Of a DNA stretch of 64,000 nucleotides, positions 55,011 through 64,000 are shown in pieces (position 1 is the first letter of the stretch; the number at the start of each line of letters is the position of its first letter). The position numbers and the translations under genes are program-made. The stretch is from Candidatus Altiarchaeota archaeon (GTDB taxonomy: Archaea; Altiarchaeota; Altiarchaeia; IMC4; SCGC-AAA252-I15), in the NCBI GenBank assembly GCA_043800705.1, contig JAZDMS010000010.1, positions 96,001 through 160,000 of the forward strand, given 5' to 3'. Under the pieces are notes generated by a model. The model searched no databases, was not told the origin of the DNA, and saw only the letters and a list, made by a program, of their open reading frames with translations.

Positions 55011-56519
55011 ATGGCCGGTGTGGTCTTTGAAAAATCCCCCTCTGAAGGCGGACTCCTCAAGGACCTGTCGTCCATGTTCGCAATGCTTGCGGCATTTTTG
55101 CTCCTGTTTTGCTCGATTTTATTCGGAGTGTTCGGGGATCGCCCTCTGGAGACCGGTATCACATACTCTCTCGCCTCCATTTTTGTTTTCAGCTTCATCT
55201 CCCTCGCCGCCGTCTCGGACATATACGACCTGAAGCTGGGAAGGTTCGGAATGAACAACGTCGTCTTGTCGTTTGTCTCGGGAATAATGTTTCTTGTTTC
55301 AGCCAAGGTCGCCGGACCGCTGGCTTCAGGCATCCTTTTCTCCCTGACGTTCGTATTCTACTTCGCCTGGAATTCCCTCTCATTTTCCGCCAGGAACAGG
55401 AGGGTTGCATCGTTCGCAAAAAAATACAGGCTTGCTGTCAAAGACGGGGGAGTATTCGGCATGTCGTCTGTCAGAGGATCTGTCGGCGGGAGGATGTTCA
55501 AGGGTTCCTTCAACCCGAAAAACAGGCTTGCGTATGCGGGATCGTATCATTCCTCCGTCTACGAGGTCGAGATCGGGACCCGCGCATATAAAGGGGCAGC
55601 ATTCGCCGTCTACCGGAGCATGACGCCGATAGGCGCAGGAGAAAACATGCTCTCCAGCATGGCGGGATACGGCGAAGGCTTCGGAGAGGGCTCGCTCAAG
55701 CTCGTGGCAGGATTGAATCCGATTTGGCTAAGATACAACCAAGTGGGGGTTCCCGCGGCCATCGAAGCCAAAAAAGAATCGCTGATATCGTGTATGGGGC
55801 TCGCAGGGCTCCTGAGGATAAGCCTGAAGGACGGCGTCCTGAAGGCCGAGGTCCGCGCAGACATGGCCGAATCGCTGCCGCAGATAGCTTACTGGCTTGG
55901 AGAGATCGCCAAGGCGGCGGATGGCATCGCCTCATCGGACAATATGGTGCCCTCAGAAGAGACGAAGTCCATTATACTCCCTAAGACACTGAAAAGCCTC
56001 ATATACGGCGCAGCCGTGATTATGCTTGGAATCTTTGCCGTATTTTTCCTCTTCTTCGGCTGTATGCTCGCATTCTTCGGCTTCAACGTCATTGACTCCC
56101 TCGGCGACAGGCCTAATCCTACGGGCGCCTTCGAGTGCGAATCCAAATGGCTCTTCACGGAAAGCAACGAATGCTTCATGGAGCTTGCGTTCAGGCAAAA
56201 GGATCCCTCCTTGTGCGCCAGGATGTCGCCGGTTGAAAGCTCGTCCTTAAGGAAAGACACCCGCCTCGGGGAAAGGGGGTACATGATAGGCAGGACCTAC
56301 TGCTACTTTTGGCTGGCGAAGGACACCGACAATCCCGAATTGTGCAAAAGGATAGTCGGGAAACGGTCGCAGGAGCTCTGCGTCGCAGAGGTTGCAAGAT
56401 CGAGAAAAGACCCGTCGTTATGCAAAGGGATGGAATACCTGAACGTGCGCGGCTGGTGCCTCGACGCCAGCACAGGCAAGCTCCCCCTGAAAGACCGGCC
56501 GCCCATGTTCCTCGATTGA
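55011..56519 (+). CDS. Membrane protein with C-terminal Cys-rich helical repeats
   Basis: Four N-terminal TMs, a further TM, then three repeats of C...LA...D..LC (CFMELAFRQKDPSLC, CYFWLAKDTDNPELC, CVAEVARSRKDPSLC). Confidence 0.7.
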   Translation: MAGVVFEKSPSEGGLLKDLSSMFAMLAAFLLLFCSILFGVFGDRPLETGITYSLASIFVFSFISLAAVSDIYDLKLGRFGMNNVVLSFVSGIMFLVSAKVAGPLASGILFSLTFVFYFAWNSLSFSARNRRVASFAKKYRLAVKDGGVFGMSSVRGSVGGRMFKGSFNPKNRLAYAGSYHSSVYEVEIGTRAYKGAAFAVYRSMTPIGAGENMLSSMAGYGEGFGEGSLKLVAGLNPIWLRYNQVGVPAAIEAKKESLISCMGLAGLLRISLKDGVLKAEVRADMAESLPQIAYWLGEIAKAADGIASSDNMVPSEETKSIILPKTLKSLIYGAAVIMLGIFAVFFLFFGCMLAFFGFNVIDSLGDRPNPTGAFECESKWLFTESNECFMELAFRQKDPSLCARMSPVESSSLRKDTRLGERGYMIGRTYCYFWLAKDTDNPELCKRIVGKRSQELCVAEVARSRKDPSLCKGMEYLNVRGWCLDASTGKLPLKDRPPMFLD

Positions 56520-56556
56520 CGGGCGATTTAAATTCTCCCTCCCATATCTCCACCGT

Positions 56557-57441
56557 ATGGACCTCCTGACGCAGCTGGAGTACGACGGCAAATGGGTGAA
56601 AGGCGTAATAGGCGACGCGAAAAAGCTGAAGAAGGGTGGAAAAAGATACAGCGAATCCCTCGAAGGGAGAGTCCTCACAATGCTGTTCATGAAGAACTCC
56701 ACCCGCACACGCGTCAGCTTCGAGGCAGGGTTCGCGCAGCTCGGAGGCCACGCCATCTTCCTCGACTGGCGGACGACCAACTTCGACAAAGGCTCGCTCA
56801 GGGACGAGATCAGGTGCCTGGACAGATACAGCGACATAATCATGGCTCGCGTATTCCGCCACCAGGAAATCGTCGACATAGCCGACGCAGCCGAAGTCCC
56901 GGTGATAAACGGCCTCTGCGACACATACCACCCCTGCCAGGCCCTCGCGGATGTAATGACCATATATGAAAAGCTGAAGAGATACAAGTTCAAGCTCGCA
57001 TACACAGGCGACGGCAACAACGTATGCAACTCCCTCATGATAGCGTGCGCCAAAGTCGGGGCCGAGATGTCGGTCGCGACGCCGAAGGGATATGAACCCG
57101 CAGCAAACGCCGTCAACTATGCAAAGACACACGGGACACTCACACTCACCAGCGACCCCAACGAGGCCGCCAAAGACGCTGATGTCGTATACACCGACGC
57201 ATGGGTCGGCCTCGGCCAGGAAGGGGAAAAAGACAGGCGGATGAAGGCCTTCGCAGGCTATACCGTCACGAAGGAACTCCTAGGCGACGCCTACTTCATG
57301 CACTGCCTGCCCGCCGTCCGAGGACTCGAAGCGACCGACGAAGTCCTCGACAGCGAGAAGTCGATAATCTACGACGAGGCCGAGAACCGTATGCATGCCC
57401 AAAAGGCCGTGATGCTGAGACTCCTTCGTAAAAAAATCTGA
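56557..57441 (+). CDS. argF: Ornithine carbamoyltransferase
   Basis: STRTRVSF, HPCQALAD, GDGNNV, MHCLP, AENRMH. Confidence 0.95.
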   Translation: MDLLTQLEYDGKWVKGVIGDAKKLKKGGKRYSESLEGRVLTMLFMKNSTRTRVSFEAGFAQLGGHAIFLDWRTTNFDKGSLRDEIRCLDRYSDIIMARVFRHQEIVDIADAAEVPVINGLCDTYHPCQALADVMTIYEKLKRYKFKLAYTGDGNNVCNSLMIACAKVGAEMSVATPKGYEPAANAVNYAKTHGTLTLTSDPNEAAKDADVVYTDAWVGLGQEGEKDRRMKAFAGYTVTKELLGDAYFMHCLPAVRGLEATDEVLDSEKSIIYDEAENRMHAQKAVMLRLLRKKI

Positions 57442-57499
57442 CCACCAAGAGGCGATAGAATTTCCGCTATTTTAAGCTCAAATATCCTGTTTGTGTTCG

Positions 57500-57994
57500 A
57501 TGGAAAAGCCCACCCATGTGAAGTTGATGGGCGCGTTGGTTTTTTTGATAGTGTTGGTCCTGTCCGTCATCATAATCGTTGCGGTCTTCACGAAGTATGG
57601 GGATTCGGAGACGTTCCGGATGGACTGGTGGTTTTCCCCGGGCCCCCAGGTCACGACCACCTCGGTGACCGTGTCAACTACGACAACGACGCAGCCGGCC
57701 TCTACGACGTCGTCGACGAGCACCACGACGTCATCCACGTCTTCGACGCTGCATTCGGGGAACAGGAGCCTCAGGATCCCCGACCTGCCGAAGCCGGAGC
57801 TCATAGGCGACCTCGATAACAACCTCGGCAGGATATTCGTAAACAAGTCGATCGTATTCAACGAAACAGGCGGCCTAAGCCGCATATCCGGGACTGTGCG
57901 GCAGCTTGTCGAGATCGACGAAGCAGACATCGGAAAATACGATGGGGACGAGATATACCTCCAATACTGGAACGGGACGTGGGTACGTCTGTGA
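57500..57994 (+). CDS. Membrane-anchored protein with Thr/Ser-rich linker
   Basis: N-terminal TM, VTTTSVTVSTTTTTQPASTTSSTSTTTSSTSST tract, several N-X-S/T sequons. Confidence 0.7.
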   Translation: MEKPTHVKLMGALVFLIVLVLSVIIIVAVFTKYGDSETFRMDWWFSPGPQVTTTSVTVSTTTTTQPASTTSSTSTTTSSTSSTLHSGNRSLRIPDLPKPELIGDLDNNLGRIFVNKSIVFNETGGLSRISGTVRQLVEIDEADIGKYDGDEIYLQYWNGTWVRL

Positions 57995-58032
57995 TAAGGA
58001 AAAAATGTGGGGGATATCACCCCCAACATCCT

Positions 58033-60241
58033 TCAGGGTCTGTGTTTCTTCTTCAAAGCAAAGAAGGAAAACAATGCCAGGACCACGATAGCAGCTGCAG
58101 CGATGGCGTATGTCGTACTATTGTCCTGCGGTTCGACGGCCTTTCTGGGGTTTTCCTCCTTCGCGGCAATGGCTTCTTTGGGGGGTTTGTCTTGCGCCTT
58201 CTTCTCGGAGGGGGGCGTGTATGCTTCCACCTCCCCTTTGATGCCTTTTAACTCCTTCAAGGCCTTCATGCACCTGCCTGCTTTGATATTATCTTTTACG
58301 TCATCAATCCTCTGCGCCCACCCGTCTTTGATGTTTTCAGGCGCTTTCGAGGCTTCTGATGCGGCTCTCGCATCTGATTCTGCCTTGGATACGTCCTCAT
58401 CAAGCGGGTATAGGATGATCGACCTTTTTTCGCTGATCTTGTTGAACAAGTCCTTGAACCATGTAAAGTTTTCTGCTGGGATCTCCCCTTCTATGAACTG
58501 TATCCTCGCCTTCGCGTTGATTGCGTTGGTGTCCTCGTCCACGCCCGAAGACGATGATACCTTCAGGAACGGGTAGTCCATGCCCTCCACGAAGGGGTAG
58601 TCCTCTATCCCGAAGCATGCGGGAAGCGTGCTGTTGGCTTCGATATCGATGATTATTGCGGGATATACGGATATGGGGAACCTTCTCTTCTCCTTCGAGA
58701 CGACGGCGGCGAACCCCCCGCCTCTGTCGCCCAGGTCATTTTCGGTCTCGAAGATGAGCTTGTTGCCTGACCTCGATGCCGCCTTCGCGCATGTGTAGTC
58801 GAATGCCGTTTCCATTTTCGAGTCGTTGAGGCTTATCCTCATATTCTTTATGGTTGCGTCGCCGCACTTGGCTGTCAATTTCGTCGCCATGGTCTCTTTC
58901 ATGGCTGCCTCTAGGGGAGGAGACTCCCTGGGTTTTCATGCTTTTAGCTATCGCATAAGGGGCGTCCCCGACTATCACCATCCTGATTGCCCCGTTCTCG
59001 GAGCCGTTGCCGTCGATTTCGGAGTCTTCGGAGGCATAGAGGTACGATGCCTTCTCGGGGGGGAGTTCCATGGTCTTCGTGAATCCTCTTCTGTCGTCGA
59101 AGAGGACTAGGGCGTTTATCCCCTGCACGGTGGTTGGGATGTGTCCTGGGGGGCAATATGTGCAGGTGGTGTCCAGCCACATGCCATTATCGACTTCCGG
59201 GACGTAGACGACACTATGGAAGAATGCGAACGGTCCTGGGACGTCCTTTTCGACGTCGCGATATGTGAGGATGACGGGATATGCCTTTATCCCCGCCTGT
59301 TTGAGCATCGTCGCCAGCAGGGCGGTTTGGCCTTTGCAGTCACCGCTTTCGCGGATCAGGGTCTGTTTCAGCTCGGCAGGTTTGTATCCGGACAGGAATG
59401 TAAGTCCGTAGTTCTCATATGTTATGTTCTCGCGGACGTAGCTGTAGAGGCGTTCAACCTTGGCCTTTTCCGACATGTCTTTCGTTGTTATGTTAGAGAC
59501 CAGGTCCTGGACGTATTGGGTCTTGATGACTTCGGTGAATAGGTCCTCGAACCATTCCTCGACCTCGTCCCATGACCCGAAGGTTGTGAACGACACCCTG
59601 TCGAGGCTGTATCTTGCGGGTGGCATCATGTCCTCTTTCTCGTAGTAGGGGACGTTGTCGACCGCCCAGGTGTATGTCTTCTTTTCGCCGAGGTCCTCGA
59701 TAATGGGCTGGGACTTCGTCGCGATATATCTGAAGTTAATCCCAGACGGCACATCCACTGCAAGCCTCTGTTTTTCGATGGGCATCTGGCCTTCGAGGTA
59801 TATGTCTTCGGGGCTCCATGCGGTTCCTTCCTTTGGGAATTTTATGTCCTCCTGGTACCTGATGTTTAAGGCATCTCCGACCTGCATCGAAGGGTAGTCG
59901 ATTATCACCCCATCTGTGTACGTGTGGATGAGGTCGCTTTTGCATTTTTCGACCTTCTCGTCGGCCCTGATGATGGTGCAGTTCAGGAGGCCGAATTTGC
60001 CGTATTGGCCGTTCACGACTCTTGTGATCTGGTATTCGTTTGCCTCATTTGGCTTGCACATCCTATACTGTTCCGTCGTCGTTATGACATCGCGGCCTTC
60101 GGTCAGTTTGTGGTTCTGGTCCCATATCGCCAGTATGGCCCGCCCGTTCTTGGGATTGATGTCGCTGCAGGTGAATGCCGTTGCGGAGGTTGCATATATC
60201 AGAAAAAACAGTCCGATTGATGCTGTTGTCCTATAGTTCAT
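58033..60241 (-). pseudogene. Secreted DUF3857 + transglutaminase-like protein with C-terminal TM anchor, split by a +1 frameshift
   Basis: Signal peptide, GDCKGQT, FFHSVVYV, WLDTT; removing one G from G4 at 58914-58917 gives QGVSSLEAAMKET, joining ORFs 58736-60241 and 58033-58902 (may be a sequencing error). Confidence 0.8.
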
Positions 60242-60320
60242 GATGTCTTATTCGCTTAGTTGATTTAAAATGTTGAGGGTTTAATTATATTACTATCTTT
60301 TACTATAGTCTTTTTAGTGG

Positions 60321-61094
60321 CTAGGTAATTCTTCTTCTCTCCTTCATGAACGGGTATTTTTCCCTGTTCTTTCTGACATCTTCGGCCGAGATGTCGGCTG
60401 CTATGAACCCTTCCTTATCGCCTGCTTCTGCAATCACTTCCCCGTGGGGGTTGACGATCTTCGACGCGCCGAAGAATGTGTTATTCGGCGACTTCCCCGC
60501 CTGGTTGACTCCTGCGACGTAGGCCTGGCATTCGATGGCCCTCGCCTTCAGGAGGGTGTCCCAATGGGATTTTCGGGGGTTCGGCCAGTTGGCCTGGACT
60601 ATGAGCAGGTCCGCTCCCTTGTCGAGCCCGGCCTGGAACAGCCCCGGGAACCTGAGGTCGTAGCATATCGCGGTCGTTGCTGTGAATTCCCCCAGCCTGT
60701 AGGCGACGGCCGAGGGCTTGCCAAGCGAATAACCCTTGTCTTCTCCCCCGTATGTGAACAGGTGTGTCTTGTGGTATTTTGACAAGACTGTGCCTTTGGC
60801 ATCGAATGTTATCGACGTGTTCAAAGGCAGATGGCCGCCATTTTCCTCGATGTATGAGCCGACCACTGTAATCCTGTTCTCCATGGCCTGTCTGCGGAGG
60901 AACTTGAATGTCCCCCCATCCCGGCTTTCCGCGAACCTCCCCGAATCAAGTGTGACTCCGGTGGAGAAGAGCTCCGGGAGACACACCACTTCGCAGCCGT
61001 CTTCGGCTGCCTTACTTATCAGGCCTGCGGCCTTTTCGTAATTCCTCTCCTGGTCCTCCCATCCGATGTCAAGTTGGGCCAGCCCTACCCTCAT
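60321..61094 (-). CDS. Carbon-nitrogen hydrolase (nitrilase superfamily, omega-amidase-like)
   Basis: Glu-Lys-Cys triad in LPELF, YHKTHLF, ICYDLRFP; LKARAIECQ. Confidence 0.92.
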   Translation of the reverse strand: MRVGLAQLDIGWEDQERNYEKAAGLISKAAEDGCEVVCLPELFSTGVTLDSGRFAESRDGGTFKFLRRQAMENRITVVGSYIEENGGHLPLNTSITFDAKGTVLSKYHKTHLFTYGGEDKGYSLGKPSAVAYRLGEFTATTAICYDLRFPGLFQAGLDKGADLLIVQANWPNPRKSHWDTLLKARAIECQAYVAGVNQAGKSPNNTFFGASKIVNPHGEVIAEAGDKEGFIAADISAEDVRKNREKYPFMKERRRIT

Positions 61095-61202
61095 GCTTCG
61101 GCCCCCCTATTCGTCGCATCGTCCATCGTAGAATTATTGCCTACGGTGCTTATATTTCCCCTTGGTCAATACATAGTGTTTTCGACGTTTGCAGGTGTCA
61201 AG

Positions 61203-61586
61203 ATGGAGTATCCAAACGAGCTGAAATATACCAAGGACCATGAGTGGATCAGGATCGAAGGCGATGTGGCCGTCGTCGGAGTGACCGATTATGCGCAGCA
61301 TGCGCTCGGCGATATCGTATTCGTCGAACTGCCAAAGGTGGGCGCGGACGTAGTCAAAGGCAAGGGTGCCGGCGTAGTCGAATCGGTCAAGTCGGTCTCC
61401 GACGTCTTCTCCCCCATAAGCGGGAAGGTCGTGGACGTGAACAAGGCGCTGGAATCCAGCCCCGAGACGGTCAACAAGAGCCCGTACAGGGACGGGTGGA
61501 TGTTCAAGGTCAAGGTCTCAGACAAAAAGGAGCTGGAGACCCTGATGGATTCGAAGGATTATCAGAAGCTTGTCGACAAGAAGTAA
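61203..61586 (+). CDS. gcvH: Glycine cleavage system H protein
   Basis: YTKDHEW, GVTDYAQ.ALGDIVFVELP, VESVKSVSD lipoyl-Lys motif. Confidence 0.96.
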   Translation: MEYPNELKYTKDHEWIRIEGDVAVVGVTDYAQHALGDIVFVELPKVGADVVKGKGAGVVESVKSVSDVFSPISGKVVDVNKALESSPETVNKSPYRDGWMFKVKVSDKKELETLMDSKDYQKLVDKK

Positions 61587-61587
61587 G

Positions 61588-62883
61588 ATGCATTACAACC
61601 CGAACAGCCCGCAGGAGCGGGAACAGATGCTCAGCCGCGTCGGTGCTAAAAAAGTAGAAGACCTGTACGCCGACATACCCGAAGGCGTGAGGCTGAAGGG
61701 CGGATTGAGGCTGCCCAAGGGGTTGAGCGAGATGCAGCTGCGCCGGCACATGGGCGAACTTGCCGGGATGAACCGGGTCAGGACGTCGTTCCTCGGCGCA
61801 GGCGCATACGAGCACCACATCCCCTCCGCAGTCGGGCATATGGTCGGCAGGAGCGAATTCTACACCGCCTACACCCCCTACCAGGCCGAAGTCAGCCAGG
61901 GAGTTTTGCAGGCGCTGTTCGAATATCAGAGCATAATGTGCGAACTAACCGGTCAGGAGGTCTCCAACGCCACCTTATATGACGGGGCCACGGCGTTGGC
62001 GGAGGCCTCCGTCATGGCGCACAACATAACAAAGCGCAATGAGATCCTCGTCTCCGACACGCTTCACCCGGAGTACCGGATGGTCTTGAAGACCTACTGC
62101 GAAGCCGGCGGCTTGGAGCTGCGGGTTGTCGCCTCCGGTGACGGCACATCGTCGAACCTTGTTCCCACGGAAAAGACCGCGGCGGTCGTGATCCAGAGCC
62201 CGAACTTCTTCGGCATAGTGGAGGACTCGGATGCGCTCCAGAAGAGGGCGCATGAGATGGGCAGCCTCCTGATAGGGTGCGTCGTAGAGGCCGCGTCCCT
62301 CGGGATGCTGAAGCCGCCGCCTGCGGACATCGTCGTCGGGGACGGCCAGTCATTCGGGAACCCGGTATCTTTCGGGGGCCCCACGTTCGGTTTCCTGACG
62401 ACAAGCATGAAATACGTCCGGCATGTGCCCGGGCGGCTGGTGGGGGAGACCGCCGACTCGGACGGGAAAAGGGGATATGTTCTCACCCTCCAGGCCAGGG
62501 AGCAGCACATCCGCAGGGAGAAGGCGACCTCTAACATATGCACCGCGCAGAGCCTCTGCGGCATCGCGGCAGCGGCCCATATCGCGCTATTGGGGCCGGA
62601 AGGCCTGAAGCGGATGAGTATGAACTCCCACAAGAATGCCGTATACCTTGCCGGAAGGCTCTCGAAGCTCAAAGGTTTCTCCTTGGTCTACAAGAAGCCG
62701 TTCTTCAACGAGTTCGTCCTGCGCTGCCCTGAAGGGACTTATGGGAGGCTTCGGACGGCGGGGTTCACACCGGGCCTGGAACTCGGAAGGTTCTATCCCG
62801 GGCTCAAGGGATGCCTCCTGTTATGTACGACGGAGGTCCACTCGAAGTCCGAGCTGGACGCGGTCGCGGAGGCGCTGGGATGA
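61588..62883 (+). CDS. gcvPA: Glycine dehydrogenase subunit 1
   Basis: [47 protein letters not shown]. Confidence 0.96.
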   Translation: MHYNPNSPQEREQMLSRVGAKKVEDLYADIPEGVRLKGGLRLPKGLSEMQLRRHMGELAGMNRVRTSFLGAGAYEHHIPSAVGHMVGRSEFYTAYTPYQAEVSQGVLQALFEYQSIMCELTGQEVSNATLYDGATALAEASVMAHNITKRNEILVSDTLHPEYRMVLKTYCEAGGLELRVVASGDGTSSNLVPTEKTAAVVIQSPNFFGIVEDSDALQKRAHEMGSLLIGCVVEAASLGMLKPPPADIVVGDGQSFGNPVSFGGPTFGFLTTSMKYVRHVPGRLVGETADSDGKRGYVLTLQAREQHIRREKATSNICTAQSLCGIAAAAHIALLGPEGLKRMSMNSHKNAVYLAGRLSKLKGFSLVYKKPFFNEFVLRCPEGTYGRLRTAGFTPGLELGRFYPGLKGCLLLCTTEVHSKSELDAVAEALG

Positions 62884-64000
62884 ACACGCTCATGGAGGAT
62901 TCGGTGAAGGGACGTGTCGGCGTGCTCCCTGCCGAGTCGGAGGTCGACGTCGCGGTCGGCGTCCCGAAGGCGATGCTCAGGGATTCGCTGAGGCTGCCGG
63001 AGCTGGGCGAAGTCGACGTCGTTAGGCACTACACTAACCTCTCCAGGCTGAACTTCGGCCTCGACACGGGATTCTACCCCCTTGGTTCCTGCACGATGAA
63101 GTACAATCCGAAGGTCAACGAGGACGTTGCGCGCCTTGACGGATTCTCCAGGATCCATCCCTACCAGGACGAGAGTGATGTCCAGGGTGCGCTGAAGGTC
63201 ATGCACGGGCTGGAAAAGGCATTGTGCGAAATAACGGGCATGGATGCCTTCACCCTGCAACCGTCGGCGGGCGCCCACGGGGAATTGGCGGGCGTGATGG
63301 TGATAAGGGCGTATTTCACGGACAGGAGGCAGGAGCGCAGGAAGATCCTGGTGCCTGACTCCAGTCACGGCACGAATCCGGCGACAGCCGCATACTGCGG
63401 ATACGAAGTCATCACGATTAAGTCGAAGGAGGACGGGAACCTCGACCTCGACGACCTGGCGGCCAACATGTCTGAGGACGTGGCCGGCCTCATGCTCACC
63501 AACCCGAACACACTGGGGCTTTTCGACCGAAACATATCCAGGATAACGGAGATAGTCCACGCGAAGGGGGGGCTCGTCTACTATGACGGGGCTAACATGA
63601 ACCCGATCATGGGCTTCGCAAGGCCTGGCGACATGGGATACGACCTAGTCCACATAAACCTGCACAAGACCTTCTCCACTCCGCACGGGGGCGGCGGGCC
63701 CGGTTCGGGGCCGGTCGGGGTCGTGAAGGCTCTTGCCCCGTATCTGCCAGTCCCGAGGGTGGTCGAGAAAGGCGGCAAGTATTCCTTGTCCTATGATGCG
63801 CCGAAGTCCATCGGGAAGGTGAGGGCGTTCCACGGCAGCTTCGGGATAATCGTCAGGGCGTACGCATACGTCATGGCGCTGGGGGCGGAGGGCTTGAAGG
63901 ACGCGAGCGCCCAGGCGGTGCTGAACGCGAACTACCTGATGTCGCTTCTGAAGGGCCACTATGACCTTCCTTTCGAGCGCGTGTGCATGCACGAGTTCGT
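62880..64000 (+). CDS. gcvPB: Glycine dehydrogenase subunit 2, truncated by window edge
   Basis: Manual translation: [49 protein letters not shown]; ATGA overlap with gcvPA. Confidence 0.95.
   Translation, partial: MNTLMEDSVKGRVGVLPAESEVDVAVGVPKAMLRDSLRLPELGEVDVVRHYTNLSRLNFGLDTGFYPLGSCTMKYNPKVNEDVARLDGFSRIHPYQDESDVQGALKVMHGLEKALCEITGMDAFTLQPSAGAHGELAGVMVIRAYFTDRRQERRKILVPDSSHGTNPATAAYCGYEVITIKSKEDGNLDLDDLAANMSEDVAGLMLTNPNTLGLFDRNISRITEIVHAKGGLVYYDGANMNPIMGFARPGDMGYDLVHINLHKTFSTPHGGGGPGSGPVGVVKALAPYLPVPRVVEKGGKYSLSYDAPKSIGKVRAFHGSFGIIVRAYAYVMALGAEGLKDASAQAVLNANYLMSLLKGHYDLPFERVCMHEF

Noticed and set aside
57650-57750. acgacgtcgtcgacg low-complexity tract
   Set aside because: Encodes the Thr/Ser linker of a surface protein; not a separate repeat element

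Overview
This is an archaeal, mostly GC-rich chromosomal window, identified by gatE, priS, aglB, nob1 and an AK6-type kinase. A stand-alone PriS and Cys-rich lipoprotein signals suggest a DPANN cluster-1 lineage such as Altiarchaeota; this placement is inference only. The window contains: (i) a surface-glycosylation region with GT2/GT4/GT-C glycosyltransferases, uppS-aglB, a second divergent STT3-like protein and three B12-binding radical SAM enzymes; (ii) a tandem array of six small TrbC/VirB2-like pilin paralogues sharing a DDPGGRK loop and an invariant Cys...Cys-Pro pair; (iii) an accessory region at about 22-36 kb with toxin-antitoxin modules, a ~4 kb segment bracketed by a direct repeat, and an AT-rich island with four paralogous wHTH/TrmB-like regulators, a radical SAM/SPASM enzyme, a nitroreductase and a ComB-like phosphatase; (iv) a trimeric [FeFe]-hydrogenase operon hydCBA, divergent from gcvT and near gcvH/gcvPA/gcvPB. 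Four genes are split by single-base changes at short G/C runs, which may be sequencing artefacts. No rRNA, tRNA or CRISPR array was recognised. All calls come from reading motifs by eye; no database search was run.
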